A stretch of 62,084 nucleotides of DNA, filler included, from Globobulimina sp. (taxonomy: Eukaryota), in the NCBI GenBank assembly GCA_003354225.1. It is 19 parts of 19 records of this genome, joined end to end, with 100 filler letters (N's around TTAATTAATTAA, not from the genome) between each part and the next. Parts side by side here need not be neighbours in the genome. Positions count along the whole stretch, not along the records: positions 45,837 to 49,006 come from PIVH01003514.1; positions 49,107 to 52,276 come from PIVH01003515.1; positions 52,377 to 55,546 come from PIVH01003516.1; positions 55,647 to 58,815 come from PIVH01003517.1; positions 58,916 to 62,084 come from PIVH01003518.1; 14 more parts are not named here. The stretch is one strand, 5' to 3'. Shown here piece by piece: positions 48,801 through 60,265 of the stretch. Every line of letters begins with the position of its first letter. The stretch's first letter is position 1. The translations under genes were made by a program, and so were the position numbers. The notes beneath the pieces are model-generated. The model made no database searches, was not told the origin of the DNA, and saw only the letters and a list, made by a program, of their open reading frames with translations.

Positions 48801-49006
48801 TCCATTCCAGCATAAAATGAACGAGCGGGAAATTAATAAATCCAATTCCAATAAAAGTAATTCTTCCTCCAATAGGTGATTTGTAACAACTTTATTTATT
48901 TTATACAGCATATACTTCAACGTCAAACCATGAAAAATAGGTTGTTGCAGCATGCCATTTATGCGCAGAATGATAAGGATGCGTATTATCCGTCCATTGC
49001 GCTGAC
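45863..49006 (+). CDS. TOR: Target of rapamycin kinase, N-terminal HEAT region (multi-exon, 3' partial)
   Basis: RLAAVWIIREL..PTL, IHGSLLTFGELL, VRKQAALTCC, LLSVAITDP, LFIALNDENF, NPGQVMPNLRQTLIQLLTQL and IRKEAMRTLGIIGALDP. Introns at about 46791-46844, 47130-47201, 47571-47662 and 48876-48939. Confidence 0.93.
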
Positions 49007-49403
49007 NNNNNNNNNNNNNNNNNNNNNNNNNNNNNNNNNNNNNNNNNNNNTTAATTAATTAANNNNNNNNNNNNNNNNNNNNNNNNNNNNNNNNNNNNNN
49101 NNNNNNAAAACTATCGCCTAGCTCAAGTCGAGCACTGGATAGATATATCCAGAAGATTCAGGTTCTTCAAAATACTTCAAAATACTAAGAGCTTTCCTGC
49201 TCAATCAATAGTCAATAGTCAATACATGGGTTACATATTCTTGTTATTTAGTATTCTTGACCCCCAAAAAGAAAAAGTTTTCAAGTGTGGTAACTGTGGT
49301 GAGAGCCTTCCAACGTTGTTCCAACGTTTTCATCTCAGTAATCTTGGTGGGCAGACACTGAGACACAAAAGTACGATCTAAAAGTTATTTTATTTTATTA
49401 TTA

Positions 49404-51281
49404 TTACATTATTTGTTTATCCGCTTGCTTTTGAATTTGTGCATTAATATTTGTGTCATTTTCTTGTTTGTTAATATCATCAATGTCAATATCATTGTTA
49501 TTATTATCGTTATCGTTATCATTATCATTATTTGGTTTTGATAGTGATGGAGATTCGGATTTTGACTTTGATCGAGATTTATTTCTTTCGCTATCTCTCC
49601 TTCTCCGACGTACTCTGCCTCTGCCTCTATGCCGATGTCTATGTCGATCTCGATCTCGATGTCTATATTCATGTTGATGTTGATGTTGATGTCTCTGTCT
49701 ATGTCCATGTCCATGTCTCAGTCCATGGCTATGTTGATTGCTATGTCTTGTATTTGATTTCCTTTTTGGTGATGGCGAAGTTGAAGGAGAATGTGATAAA
49801 AATGATTGTAATTTGGTTAACGATGATGATGTGGTATTTACTTTAAATAATATATATCTTTGTTGATTTGTATCAAATCCAATTAAATGTTTCATCTGTT
49901 TCATGTTATATTCATTTGGTAAATTAACACACAATGTTTGCTTATTATTATTATTATTGTTATGGTTATGGTTATGGTTATGGTTGTTATTGATGGTCGT
50001 GGTGGGGATATTATTTTTATTCCTCGCCCTCGACCTTGATCTGGATCTGGATCGACCAGACGACGACGACAATGGTGATGGCGATGAGGAGGAGGAGGAG
50101 GAGGATATTGATGATGAATCAGATGCAGACGATCGAAAATGTAAATTTTTATTTCTTTCATCATATTTTTTATTTAATGGATTATTTTGAATATATCTCG
50201 ATTTATAGTTGTTGCCATTATTTAATGATATCGATCTGTTGTGGTTTTGTATCAATAATCTTTTTTTCCTTTCCCCCGGCAAGGACTTCGAAATCTCGAT
50301 ATGCAAAGTGACACCATCTAATTTTGTATTATTTATATTATAATACGCTTTGTCCGCTGCTTCCACCGACTCATATTGAACAAATCCATAATTTAATTTC
50401 CTCGATGGCACATCTCGAATAATTACACATCGTATTAACTTGCCATATTTCTCAAATACCTTTTTAAACAATGAATCACTCGTTGCTTTATCAATATTTT
50501 TAATATATAATGTTTTTCGTTTTTCTTCGTTGTTTGGCGGTGGCGGTGGCCGTGGCGATGCTGATCGTAATGGTTTTGCGCTGTGACTGTGAGGAGTGCG
50601 ACTGTGTTGTTGTTGTTGTTGTTGTTGTTGTTCTAAGTCAGAAGCAGCGATTTCGACTCTTAATTCATATTCATTCCATATTGCATTCCTTAAACTAATT
50701 AGCGCCGCTTGTGCTTGCCGGTGATTGTCATATTCAACAAAGCCATAATTGTAATTTCGTCTTTTCCTTATTCTACGAATGGGAATGGATGAAATCGCAA
50801 ATAATTTATCACATATTACGGATCGAACTTGGTTATCATTGACAATGTCATTAATGAATGGTGGCAAATTGCCGACATACAATGTGCATTTACCACAACT
50901 GCGAGAAACCCGTATCTTTGTACCACACAGTCGTTCTCCGTGTAAATGTCTTCTTGCCTTTTCTCTGCAATCTAACGACTCATAATCAATAAAACCATAA
51001 CCTCGCGACTCTCCACTCTCTGGATCTAATATTACATTTACTGAGATTAATGAACCCATCTTACAAAATGCGCAAATACGCAAAATTATATAATTAAAAC
51101 GTACAAAATAAACAAATAAATAAATTTTAACTTTTTCAAATAGTTTTTTGAGATCGCGCGCAGTCACTGATGGGGATAAATTAGATACATACAAAGAATA
51201 ACCAGTATCAGTATCAATATCATCGCAATGAGTATCATTTTTCCATAAATCTTCCCATTTCTGATATTGCGAAGGTTTCAT
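49404..51281 (-). CDS. Three-RRM RNA-binding protein with RS/RH-rich tail
   Basis: LYVSNL/RGYGFIDY, LYVGNLP/YGFVEY and LYIKNI/YGFVQY, plus RSRSRS tracts. Probable 72-nt intron at 51060-51131. May extend upstream into a Pro/Thr-rich segment. Confidence 0.85.
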   Translation of the reverse strand: MKPSQYQKWEDLWKNDTHCDDIDTDTGYSLYVSNLSPSVTARDLKKLFEKVKIYLFVYFVRFNYIILRICAFCKMGSLISVNVILDPESGESRGYGFIDYESLDCREKARRHLHGERLCGTKIRVSRSCGKCTLYVGNLPPFINDIVNDNQVRSVICDKLFAISSIPIRRIRKRRNYNYGFVEYDNHRQAQAALISLRNAIWNEYELRVEIAASDLEQQQQQQQQHSRTPHSHSAKPLRSASPRPPPPPNNEEKRKTLYIKNIDKATSDSLFKKVFEKYGKLIRCVIIRDVPSRKLNYGFVQYESVEAADKAYYNINNTKLDGVTLHIEISKSLPGERKKRLLIQNHNRSISLNNGNNYKSRYIQNNPLNKKYDERNKNLHFRSSASDSSSISSSSSSSSPSPLSSSSGRSRSRSRSRARNKNNIPTTTINNNHNHNHNHNNNNNNKQTLCVNLPNEYNMKQMKHLIGFDTNQQRYILFKVNTTSSSLTKLQSFLSHSPSTSPSPKRKSNTRHSNQHSHGLRHGHGHRQRHQHQHQHEYRHRDRDRHRHRHRGRGRVRRRRRDSERNKSRSKSKSESPSLSKPNNDNDNDNDNNNNDIDIDDINKQENDTNINAQIQKQADKQIM

Positions 51282-52376
51282 TTATTGAATTGAATTGAAT
51301 TGAATATTGGTGAGGTATTGTATCAATGTGTAGGCTGTGTAGGTGGTATTATGGTATTTATAATATGGTACTGTGGCATTGTAGATATTGGAGGTGATTT
51401 GTTTGTGGGTATTGTAGTATCATGGTATTGGTACTGCGGTGGTATATGGTTGGTTGAGGAGCAAAATACATCAAAACCTAACTTTTTACAGCGTCTATAT
51501 TTGAAATAGCAGCAATGGCCAATGGTGAGGGTTTAGCGGAGTCAGAGTCGGAGAGTCAAGTCAAGTGAGTTAAGCAGACTGATTTTATTAATTGTTCAAA
51601 TGTCACAAATACATTTTAAGACTTTCTTCTTTTTCCTTTGATCTCTTCTCTTTGTTTATCTGTTTATTGCAAATTTAATTCTTTTTCATTTTGTTTTGTT
51701 TGCTGACAAATATTTTTAGCACAAACCAGGAGGAAATGAGTCCCTTATTTTGGAGGCCTTTTCTGGGTCTTTAATTTTAAGAGTGATCAATGATTTTGGT
51801 GTTCTAATCTTGAATTTCGTGATTTTGTTCTTTTTTGATGTAAATATGATGATTTTTTGTGTTGAATTTTTTCTCGCCAATTTCAAGAATTTACGAATAT
51901 CTCGAATTTGTTTCGGCTGTGTTTTATTTTACATACATTCATTAATTAATTAATTTTATCAATGTAGCAAACCATATTGTTAATAAAGTGTTGCTTTCTA
52001 CGATTTGATTGCAGAGTAGACTTCAAACACCAAAGAAGGATGACTGACCGACTAAATATACGCTTCGCTAAAATAAAATAAAAACACTTTCAACAACATT
52101 CAGTTCGATAAAGTATTCAATTTAAGAACGTTGAACACAGAAGAAAAAGTATGATAGTTATGAGAAACAAAAATCCAAAATTCAATTCAAACACACATAA
52201 ATTCATAAAATTGACGATTTAGATGCAAATTTGTATTGTCCGAATGATCAATCATGAAAAAACAAAGTAAAACCAANNNNNNNNNNNNNNNNNNNNNNNN
52301 NNNNNNNNNNNNNNNNNNNNTTAATTAATTAANNNNNNNNNNNNNNNNNNNNNNNNNNNNNNNNNNNNNNNNNNNN

Positions 52377-52771
52377 ATGAAGAAATTACAAACAATATAA
52401 CCCACTGAGCCGGATATTAACGGCAAACAACAAACTGGAATGAAACTCATTATTAAGATGAAAATATATGAATATCGTGGTCCTATCTTGTCACATAAAT
52501 CACCAATAAATACTCGAGATAAAATGGTAGAGAATGTTAAGACAGATTTGGTGATTGCGACGTCTGTTGATGTTAAATGAATATCTTGTATTACCCACGG
52601 AATGAGGTTTAAATTCCCAAACCATACGAAAAAACAGACAAAAAATGTGATGGTTGTTGCCCAAAATGTTAGAATATGTTCTGATGCGCATTTGTATAAT
52701 GCGAATTCCTTGGATTTCCCATTGGAATCAACTGCAATGTTTTCCCGAGTAATTGTTGTTACTGACGACAT
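52377..52771 (-). CDS. NRT2: High-affinity nitrate/nitrite transporter NRT2 (MFS), N-terminal part
   Basis: HILTFWATTITFFVCFFVWF..LIPWVIQDIHLT..TILSRVFIGDLCDKIGPRY matches NRT2 TM1-3. Confidence 0.82.
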
Positions 52772-52823
52772 GGTTCAAAAAATCGTGTTTTTATATAGAA
52801 TTTAGAGTGAGATCATTATTAAA

Positions 52824-54629
52824 CTATTGGATCTCACATTGTTGTGGAGATCCGTCAGAAAGATAACATTGATCATTATTAAACTGTTGTGTTCCGCCAC
52901 AATTCCATTTCTGCATCACAACATATCGACCATTTGGCTCCGTAAATTTATTATTATTTACAAAAGAATCTTTTACCGCTCTCATTGATATAGCACTATG
53001 AACTGCATTCATATCGGTCCTTTGATCAAATACATTATTAATAATTGTAAAATTCTCATGAACCTGACCAAAAGTAAGCACTTCCTCCGTGTTGGTTGGC
53101 TTTCCATTATTATCAAATTTCGGAATAATTGCTTCGATTGTAATTGTACCATTTTCTTGTGCAACATCAAAATTACAATGACTAAAATAATTATTTTCAA
53201 TTAAAATATTAGCAGATACAGTGGATTCTAACCAATATGCGGCCTCTGCTCTTATTAACATTGCTGGCCCAGTCACATCGATAAAACTCACATTCCGTAT
53301 TGTTACATTACTCACTTTGATCAATGTAGCCCTTGCTCTGTTTGCTCGAAATATGCTATTTTCAATTTACACAGCATCTGGCAATGAAGTAATATTTCGG
53401 ATGGCATATCTCGATCAAATGTTGCTATATTATCTCTTGTTATGCTTTCTAATGTTGCTGTAAAATATGGTTGCAAAGATTTACGATTTCTAAATTGATA
53501 AATATCTCCGATACTTACCATATCCACAATGGACGATCCATTCACTCTGCTTTGTAAATATAATGAATTTGATGATATTTTGCTATCAATTTGAAAGAAA
53601 AAATTATGAACATTTAAACCATCATCACCTTGTCCTTCAAATAAACTCTCATCAATACGTATTATACCTTTTCGTACACAATCAAGCATTAATTATTAAT
53701 TATAAATTAAATATATATCTGATTATCATTATATTTTACCTTTATTCAGTGCAAAATGTGTCGAATCTGAACATAAAGACATCGGTCTATCGCCATATTT
53801 CATAAAGCTTACTCTCTGGAATTGTATATTACCACATTTTGAGGCATAAAAGCCCATTCCTGCAATGGTATAAACAGTCACATTTGTTAAGTGAACATCT
53901 TTTGAATTATAAACTGATATAAAATTATATGAATAAACTTGATGTCGAATTATTAAATGTTGACCATTTGCAATTGACTGGATAGCGCTTGTTTGAATAA
54001 TCATTGTTGATTTGGTAGGATCAGTATTGATTGTCGCAGATTTTACAAATTGATTTGGTGGAGATCCTGTATAAATATCTGGAGAAATTGGATATTTTCC
54101 AACTGCATCATATCCTAAAATTGCACCAACATTTGATAACCATTTATAATCTGCACCATCGTTCAAATATGGATTCGGTTCAATTTGATATTGTGTTTCA
54201 TTGAATTGCAATGTAAATTGCTGTGATGTCACATCAGTATTTGTTACAATTCCATACGTGAATGGTAGTCGATACATATCAATCACAATATTATTCATCG
54301 TGAAATTATTACAATTGGAAATTGAAAAAACTCCGTTTAAACCATGAATAATTATTTTAATTTGATTATATGCTGAACCATAGATTTGAAGGTTATTAAT
54401 GTTATATATTGAAACACCGCTTGCTGAGTTTGAGCCAAATAACCAATTAATGATATTCACCTGCTTCAAATTCAATTGCGCAGCCATCAGCATTGCAATT
54501 AGAAATACATGCTTTGAAATTTGAAAGGCATTTATTGTCAGTGTTACATGATGGTGAAAGGGTACATGTTTGAGATTTGACGGTTAGCATTAATAACCAA
54601 CATATTGCAATGATATAATGTGACATCAC
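52824..54629 (-). pseudogene. Secreted right-handed beta-helix glycosidase (GH110 alpha-galactosidase-like), disrupted
   Basis: Signal peptide, FEAGEYH, DSTHF..GIIRIDESLFEGQGDDGLNVH and NRARATLI..YWLES. Frameshifts near 54448 and 53395 and an in-frame TAA at 53367-53369. Confidence 0.72.
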
Positions 54630-54662
54630 TAAACTAAAGTGGTGAGAAAAAACTTTAACAAC

Positions 54663-54830
54663 ATGACATCCTCATTATCAAAGCACTGCGGTTCATGTTT
54701 CTCACACAATGCAAACAAACTATGCAGTAGATGTAAATCTATTTTGTATTGTTCAACACAATGTCAATCAAATCATTGGTCATCACATAAAAAACAATGT
54801 AACAAATCATCATTAAAGAAACAAAAAGAA
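54663..54830 (+). CDS. MYND zinc finger (N-terminus of a gene)
   Basis: CGSC..KLCSRCKSILYCSTQCQSNHWSSHKKQC. Confidence 0.8.
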
Positions 54831-54859
54831 ACAATGTTTGTGGATGGAATGCAATACAT

Positions 54860-55294
54860 ATGGTCGAATATGACGTTTCTTTCGGAATCACCGAAACAAC
54901 CATAACATATGATAGTTGTGCTGCGACTGAGCATAGTTGCCATAATCAATTTGTTGATGGCATAGTATGGCTATTATTCGGGGTTTTGGCGATTAGTGCA
55001 TTATTTACTTTATTACTGTTATTTTGTTGCGTATTTCCTCTGCGAATATCGCGTTTTAAAGATCACACAACTGTTTCTGGATTGTTATTAGCGCTGAACA
55101 TTTTGTTCCAAGTCGTTGCTGTTATAGTTTGGGTTTCTTACGATTACTGTTCGAATCACCAATTTATTCAAAGTTTTTATGATAAGAATATACAATCTGT
55201 CAGCACTGGGCCCTCAATTGATGTTATGATGGGCAGCATCTTATGTTCTTTGATTTGTGCCTCATTGATTGTGTGTCTGCATATGGAAAAATAG
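54860..55294 (+). CDS. Claudin/amastin-like tetraspan membrane protein fragment
   Basis: Cys-containing loop followed by three TM helices. It is out of frame with the MYND ORF. Confidence 0.45.
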   Translation: MVEYDVSFGITETTITYDSCAATEHSCHNQFVDGIVWLLFGVLAISALFTLLLLFCCVFPLRISRFKDHTTVSGLLLALNILFQVVAVIVWVSYDYCSNHQFIQSFYDKNIQSVSTGPSIDVMMGSILCSLICASLIVCLHMEK

Positions 55295-55648
55295 TACAGT
55301 TTTATCTTTTAATTATATATTTAATAGTTTGATCTTCTCTGTCGGGGGAACATTCAGCCAGGGTCCAAGTCCGAACATCCCGGTGAGAGAAAAGTCTGAA
55401 ACAGTTTTTACGCCACAGAAAATAAATAAACTGCAACACTAAATCCTCAAACAACCATGCTTTCCAAAGTGAATGATTACTATCAATCTACGCAAAATGC
55501 AGTCAATGGGATGACAGCAGAACAAAAAACGAAACTAAAAATAGGTNNNNNNNNNNNNNNNNNNNNNNNNNNNNNNNNNNNNNNNNNNNNTTAATTAATT
55601 AANNNNNNNNNNNNNNNNNNNNNNNNNNNNNNNNNNNNNNNNNNNNGA

Positions 55649-55912
55649 TTGGGAAAATATTATTTTACCGCCCAAACCACGTTGGTTCTTTATGACAAAT
55701 CCGAGATTGATTTTGAATTTGACAAATATTTAAACATTCGGAACCCACCAAAAGGACAAAGAATATATAAAGGATCTGGCAAAGAATGGCAATGCAATAA
55801 ATGTAAGATTGGCGATACAAATGATCCATATTGGACTGAATGGTGGGATGGCAAACAAGTAAATCCATCACAACATGTGCATGATGCATACGCACCACTT
55901 GCTCTTAGATGA
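55649..55912 (+). CDS. C-terminus of unknown protein
   Basis: Open frame from the contig edge with a WQCNKC motif. Confidence 0.4.
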   Translation: MGKYYFTAQTTLVLYDKSEIDFEFDKYLNIRNPPKGQRIYKGSGKEWQCNKCKIGDTNDPYWTEWWDGKQVNPSQHVHDAYAPLALR

Positions 55913-55973
55913 CTAGATTACAGCAACGTTTTTGCCAAATCATTTTCCTAACAGTTTTCTGATATTTGTGATC

Positions 55974-56618
55974 ATGGGTCGACGCAGGAAAAAAAAATCA
56001 AGTGTTCGATGCAAAACTAGCAAAAGAGAAAAGAAGCATAAACAAAAAGAAATGAAATCGCCAGCAGTCAATCAATACCACATTCCATTAAATGAAATAA
56101 TTGATCATCACGGAAAATCATCAACATTTTTAAATAAAAAATTAATGTTAAAACAAAAGGATAGTATATTACAAAAAAAAAGACGAATTGCTTTTAGCCC
56201 TGCTGACAAAATTAAAATTAACCGTTTTTTATTTGGACATTCAGCAAATCACAACGAAAATAAAAACGATAAAACCATTGAGGACATGTTTAGCAACAAA
56301 GAAAAGGAATTGTTAAAGGATGACAATTCAAAATACGATATACTAAAAATATCAAATCTATCATCACGAGTTAACGAGAAAATTATTGCAAAGATTATCA
56401 ATAAACTATTATCACAAAACAGCGCAACAACAAACACCCAACAAATATCTCTGAAATCAATTTCGATTTTATCCACCGGATCTACGCAAATGGCCAAGAT
56501 TAAATTAAAGAAACTATCATCGGATGTTGTTAACACTTTGGCACTGCGTATTATCGAGCTATTGAATGGCAAAAAATTGTTTGGTCAAGTTTTAAAATGT
56601 GAGGCTGTCTCAAAATAG
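55974..56618 (+). CDS. Basic protein with divergent C-terminal RRM
   Basis: ILKISNLSSRVNEK..AKI..IELLNGKKLFGQVLKCE. Confidence 0.55.
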   Translation: MGRRRKKKSSVRCKTSKREKKHKQKEMKSPAVNQYHIPLNEIIDHHGKSSTFLNKKLMLKQKDSILQKKRRIAFSPADKIKINRFLFGHSANHNENKNDKTIEDMFSNKEKELLKDDNSKYDILKISNLSSRVNEKIIAKIINKLLSQNSATTNTQQISLKSISILSTGSTQMAKIKLKKLSSDVVNTLALRIIELLNGKKLFGQVLKCEAVSK

Positions 56619-56687
56619 TTGTTTTTTTAAATTTAAATCCTTGCACTAAGTCTTGCACACTGCACAGCAACAGCTTGCTATCCAAAG

Positions 56688-57647
56688 TCATAATGATTGT
56701 TGAACAATGTACAGTGAATCTTGTATGATATCCAAACCATTTTTAGCATTCATTATATCCTTTACTTTGATATCATTTTTGAGCGAATACGTATAAACAG
56801 ACATTATTGTTTTATATGATATTTGAATAAAATTTGTGTTTAACAGAACCAAACAATTTCGAATCCTGCACATATTCATTCTAATTTGCGGCGTTATGTT
56901 TGTTAAAAACGGCGTAAAATCCTTATATTGTTTGGCAAAATTCATAATTTTACCCATCTCTTCCTTTGTTTTGCTATTCGTAATCCAAATATAACCATTA
57001 TTTCCTAAAATAATATCAATTCCAATGTGATCAGGCAATGAAATAAAGTGCTTATTGGTTCGTTTAATCAAACAGTTATTGACGCAAACAAACATTCCAT
57101 TGATTAATTTGCCATATTTTAGGTTCCGTGTTTGTATATGAACACCGCCGTCATTTTTAAGTGATTGAATCTCAGCCGATATTAAGTCGCCTTCTTTAAA
57201 GAATGACCGCATTTCCAATGCATCCTCTTCTGTCCTTCTCCGGTGCACACCGCCTGGCAAATGAATAGCACTTTAATTAATTTGTTTGTGTGTGGTTTAT
57301 TTGATGAATAGGCATAAAATTATAATATAAATAATGAAAACAAATCACCTCAAAACCAGTGAAGCATGCAATTGTCCGCCAACATCTATACACCATATTT
57401 TATCACCAACTTCACGGACTCTGCCAACAATTACGTCACCGACCTCTGGTATGTATCTGGTTTTGATGGGTTTGACAAATATTAATTTATTGGTTTGTTC
57501 AATAAAGCCAGCAACACAGGCTACCAAATTATCGCCACGTATAACTACTCCGTGACCTTTCATAAATCCTTTTTGTTTTGTTATTATTTCACCGACATTT
57601 ATGAATTTATTTTTAAATGAGTTGGCTTGTCTTCGTTGAAACGCCAT
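56688..57647 (-). CDS. RRP4: Exosome subunit RRP4/EXOSC2, 293 aa
   Basis: Exons 57647-57349 and 57270-56688. FMKGHG, RYIPEVGDVIVGRV, LPGGVHRRRTEEDALEMRSFFKEGDLISAE and IILGNNGYIWI. Confidence 0.95.
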
Positions 57648-57824
57648 GTTCTATTTCTAAAAAAAAACGTAGAATCTAGAAAACAGTCCTCGCATATTAA
57701 GCCAACAGAAATGAACCGAATGGTAGTTGCCATATTGGCAAATCTGCGTTAACGTCAAAGCTGCGTTATCTAACGTCAATTATGATTGTTCTTTGTTAAA
57801 CACAATAAATCAGCACAAATCAAA

Positions 57825-58815
57825 ATGGCGTCGTTATCAGAACTCGAAGAAATGATCAACGACAATGCGCAAGCAATGGATATTGGATGGGTCATATTTT
57901 GTGGGTCGATGGTATTTATCACTCAATTGGGTTTCTTCCAGCTAGAAGCAGGCCATGTGAATGAAATTTGGATTCATTCCATCATCCTCAAGAACTTTGA
58001 AGATGCATTCGCAGGAATATTATTATTCTCTTTGTTTGGTTATGGAATCGTTAAATCCAACTCGCCATCTGGAGTCTGGGGATTTAACTTTGACTATGTT
58101 TGCTTATACAATGTCGACATCGAAGAATATGTGACCATATTTTATCAATCACTGTATGCAATCGCCTCAACCACAATTGTGTCTTCCTGCGTCTTGGAAA
58201 GAATAAAAAACAAACCATACCTATGTGTTATCGTATTTATGACAATGATTCAATTTCCATTGTTATCGCATTGGGTTTGGAATGAAAATGGCTGGTTACA
58301 CAAACTAGGCTATATAGACTTCAGTGGAGCGAGTGTTGTACACATTTCAGGCGGCATTTTGGGCCTTATTCTAATTATATATCTCGGAAATAGACAGTAT
58401 GTGTCTGACTACACAAAATTGTCAAACAATGGTAATAGTCACACATTGACACAATCAGCAATTGGCATATTCTTATTATGGTTTGGATGGTATGGATTCA
58501 ATTGTGGTTCGGCCATGTCAATAACAGCGGATCCATTAATTATTGGGCGCATTGCGATTAATACTTCACTTTGCTCTGCATCTGGTGGTGCGACTGCGGC
58601 GGTTTTAGTTAAAAACAAAGAATTGAGTACAATCGTGAATGGTGTTTTGATTGGTTTGGTCTCAGCGACTGCGGGAAGTCACTTATTAGAACCATGGGCA
58701 GCGGTAATCACCGGAAGTTTGAGTGGTTTTGTTATTGTATATTGGAAACATATGATCCATTCCTTTGGTATTGATGATCCTTTATCAGCCACAGCGGTTC
58801 ATATTGGTGGTGGTA
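57825..58815 (+). CDS. AMT: Ammonium transporter (Amt), 3' partial
   Basis: QLGFFQLEAG, HWVWNENGWL, DFSGASVVHISGG, LWFGWYGFNCGS and IDDPLSATAVHIGGG (both pore histidines present). Confidence 0.95.
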
Positions 58816-59070
58816 NNNNNNNNNNNNNNNNNNNNNNNNNNNNNNNNNNNNNNNNNNNNTTAATTAATTAANNNNNNNNNNNNNNNNNNNNNNNNNNNNN
58901 NNNNNNNNNNNNNNNAGCGTCAATTTCAACGCTAAGAAAAAAAAGTTTACGCTGCCATGATCACATTAACTAAGACCTCACTTGAAAACATTTTCGAATT
59001 TGACTGAGTCAGATCGAGTGATCATGGCACCGTTTTTGAAACTCTGTTTTTTTGTTGGAAATTAATAAAA

Positions 59071-60066
59071 TTACCTTAATTCCATACCATAATAAAACAC
59101 ATAATTAGTATCATTATAATCCAAATTGGTCATAAAATCTGGATTTATTTTATTGCCCCAAATAATCAATGCAGCAAAACCAAACATGACATAATAACAA
59201 AACAAAGACACGCAGCTCCAATACGACACATGTGACATTGTGCGCAATTGATTAGTATCCAGATCCAGTGTATTGTACACAGGCAATACATTAAATTGTA
59301 CGGTCCAACACCATGTAATCGCAGGTAATCCACGGAAAAAAGATTCGAATCCAGAGGGACCCAATTGGATACTCGGTGAGACAGAGTTTATTAAAGATGC
59401 TTTGAATGCATTCACAATGATAATTAATAATATTATAATACATAAAAAAACAAAGCCACCGCTTAATTGTTCCAAAGATTTGATAGTTTTGGATTGGATC
59501 CACGGAAAAATAAATATTAAACCTAAAATCACTGCAAATTCACGAGAAACCCAAAACGAATCACTATCATTAATATGGAACCAGACCGGCAATATATTGG
59601 AGACAAAATCTGCAAATATTTGTATCACATTAATAATAAACGACCAATTACCAAATATTATAAATATTTTAGTTAAAATATTACCTTTTTTACCGCCCAG
59701 GTATTGTTCTGATAGTTGATAACATGAGGCTTTCTTACTGAGATTCGATGATATTACTAAGAATTCAATGGATAAATAAGTAAATAATGCTGAACAAAAT
59801 GTTATCAGTACGAAGCCAAAAATGCCGAGCTGCGATGCTCCAAATATATTTCCAAACATTCCTTTGGTAGAAATAGTAGATTTTATATGAACTATGAATG
59901 TATATATACCTCCACCACCAATTGCTGTCGATATTAAATTTATTGTGGCTCCAAAACCCGAGCCAAATGCTTCCACACGTTGAGATTGTTCAGCATCATC
60001 TTCTTGGCATTTCACCTCTGTTACCTCTAGTTTTGTTGCAGGTTTCGGTGTTGACATTATCTGCAT
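59071..60066 (-). CDS. Amino-acid transporter (AAAP/SLC38-like), spliced, 3' partial
   Basis: GFGATINLISTAIGGG, SCYQLSEQYLG and QFNVLPVYNTL. Probable 48-nt intron at 59862-59909. Confidence 0.8.
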   Translation of the reverse strand: MQIMSTPKPATKLEVTEVKCQEDDAEQSQRVEAFGSGFGATINLISTAIGGGGIYTFIVHIKSTISTKGMFGNIFGASQLGIFGFVLITFCSALFTYLSIEFLVISSNLSKKASCYQLSEQYLGGKKGNILTKIFIIFGNWSFIINVIQIFADFVSNILPVWFHINDSDSFWVSREFAVILGLIFIFPWIQSKTIKSLEQLSGGFVFLCIIILLIIIVNAFKASLINSVSPSIQLGPSGFESFFRGLPAITWCWTVQFNVLPVYNTLDLDTNQLRTMSHVSYWSCVSLFCYYVMFGFAALIIWGNKINPDFMTNLDYNDTNYVFYYGMELR

Positions 60067-60265
60067 AGAGGCAGAGGATTTTGGAGTTTTTTTTTCACAG
60101 AATTATGAGAAATACTAGTACTGTACACTAAAATGTAGCATACTCATTGGCATTTAATGATATAATTATTAATAAAATATGTATAAATATTGTGCTGAAA
60201 ATATTTTTTGGAGTCTCTATAGCGGAATACAAAGATTTTAATCGTTCAACTTCAAAAAGTTCACC

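Noticed and set aside
54663-55294. MYND-tetraspan fusion protein
   Set aside because: The two parts are in different frames with no clear intron; a chimera or a broken gene is equally likely.
52377-60066. NRT2, AMT and amino-acid transporter as a nitrogen gene cluster
   Set aside because: Three separate contigs; adjacency comes from length sorting.
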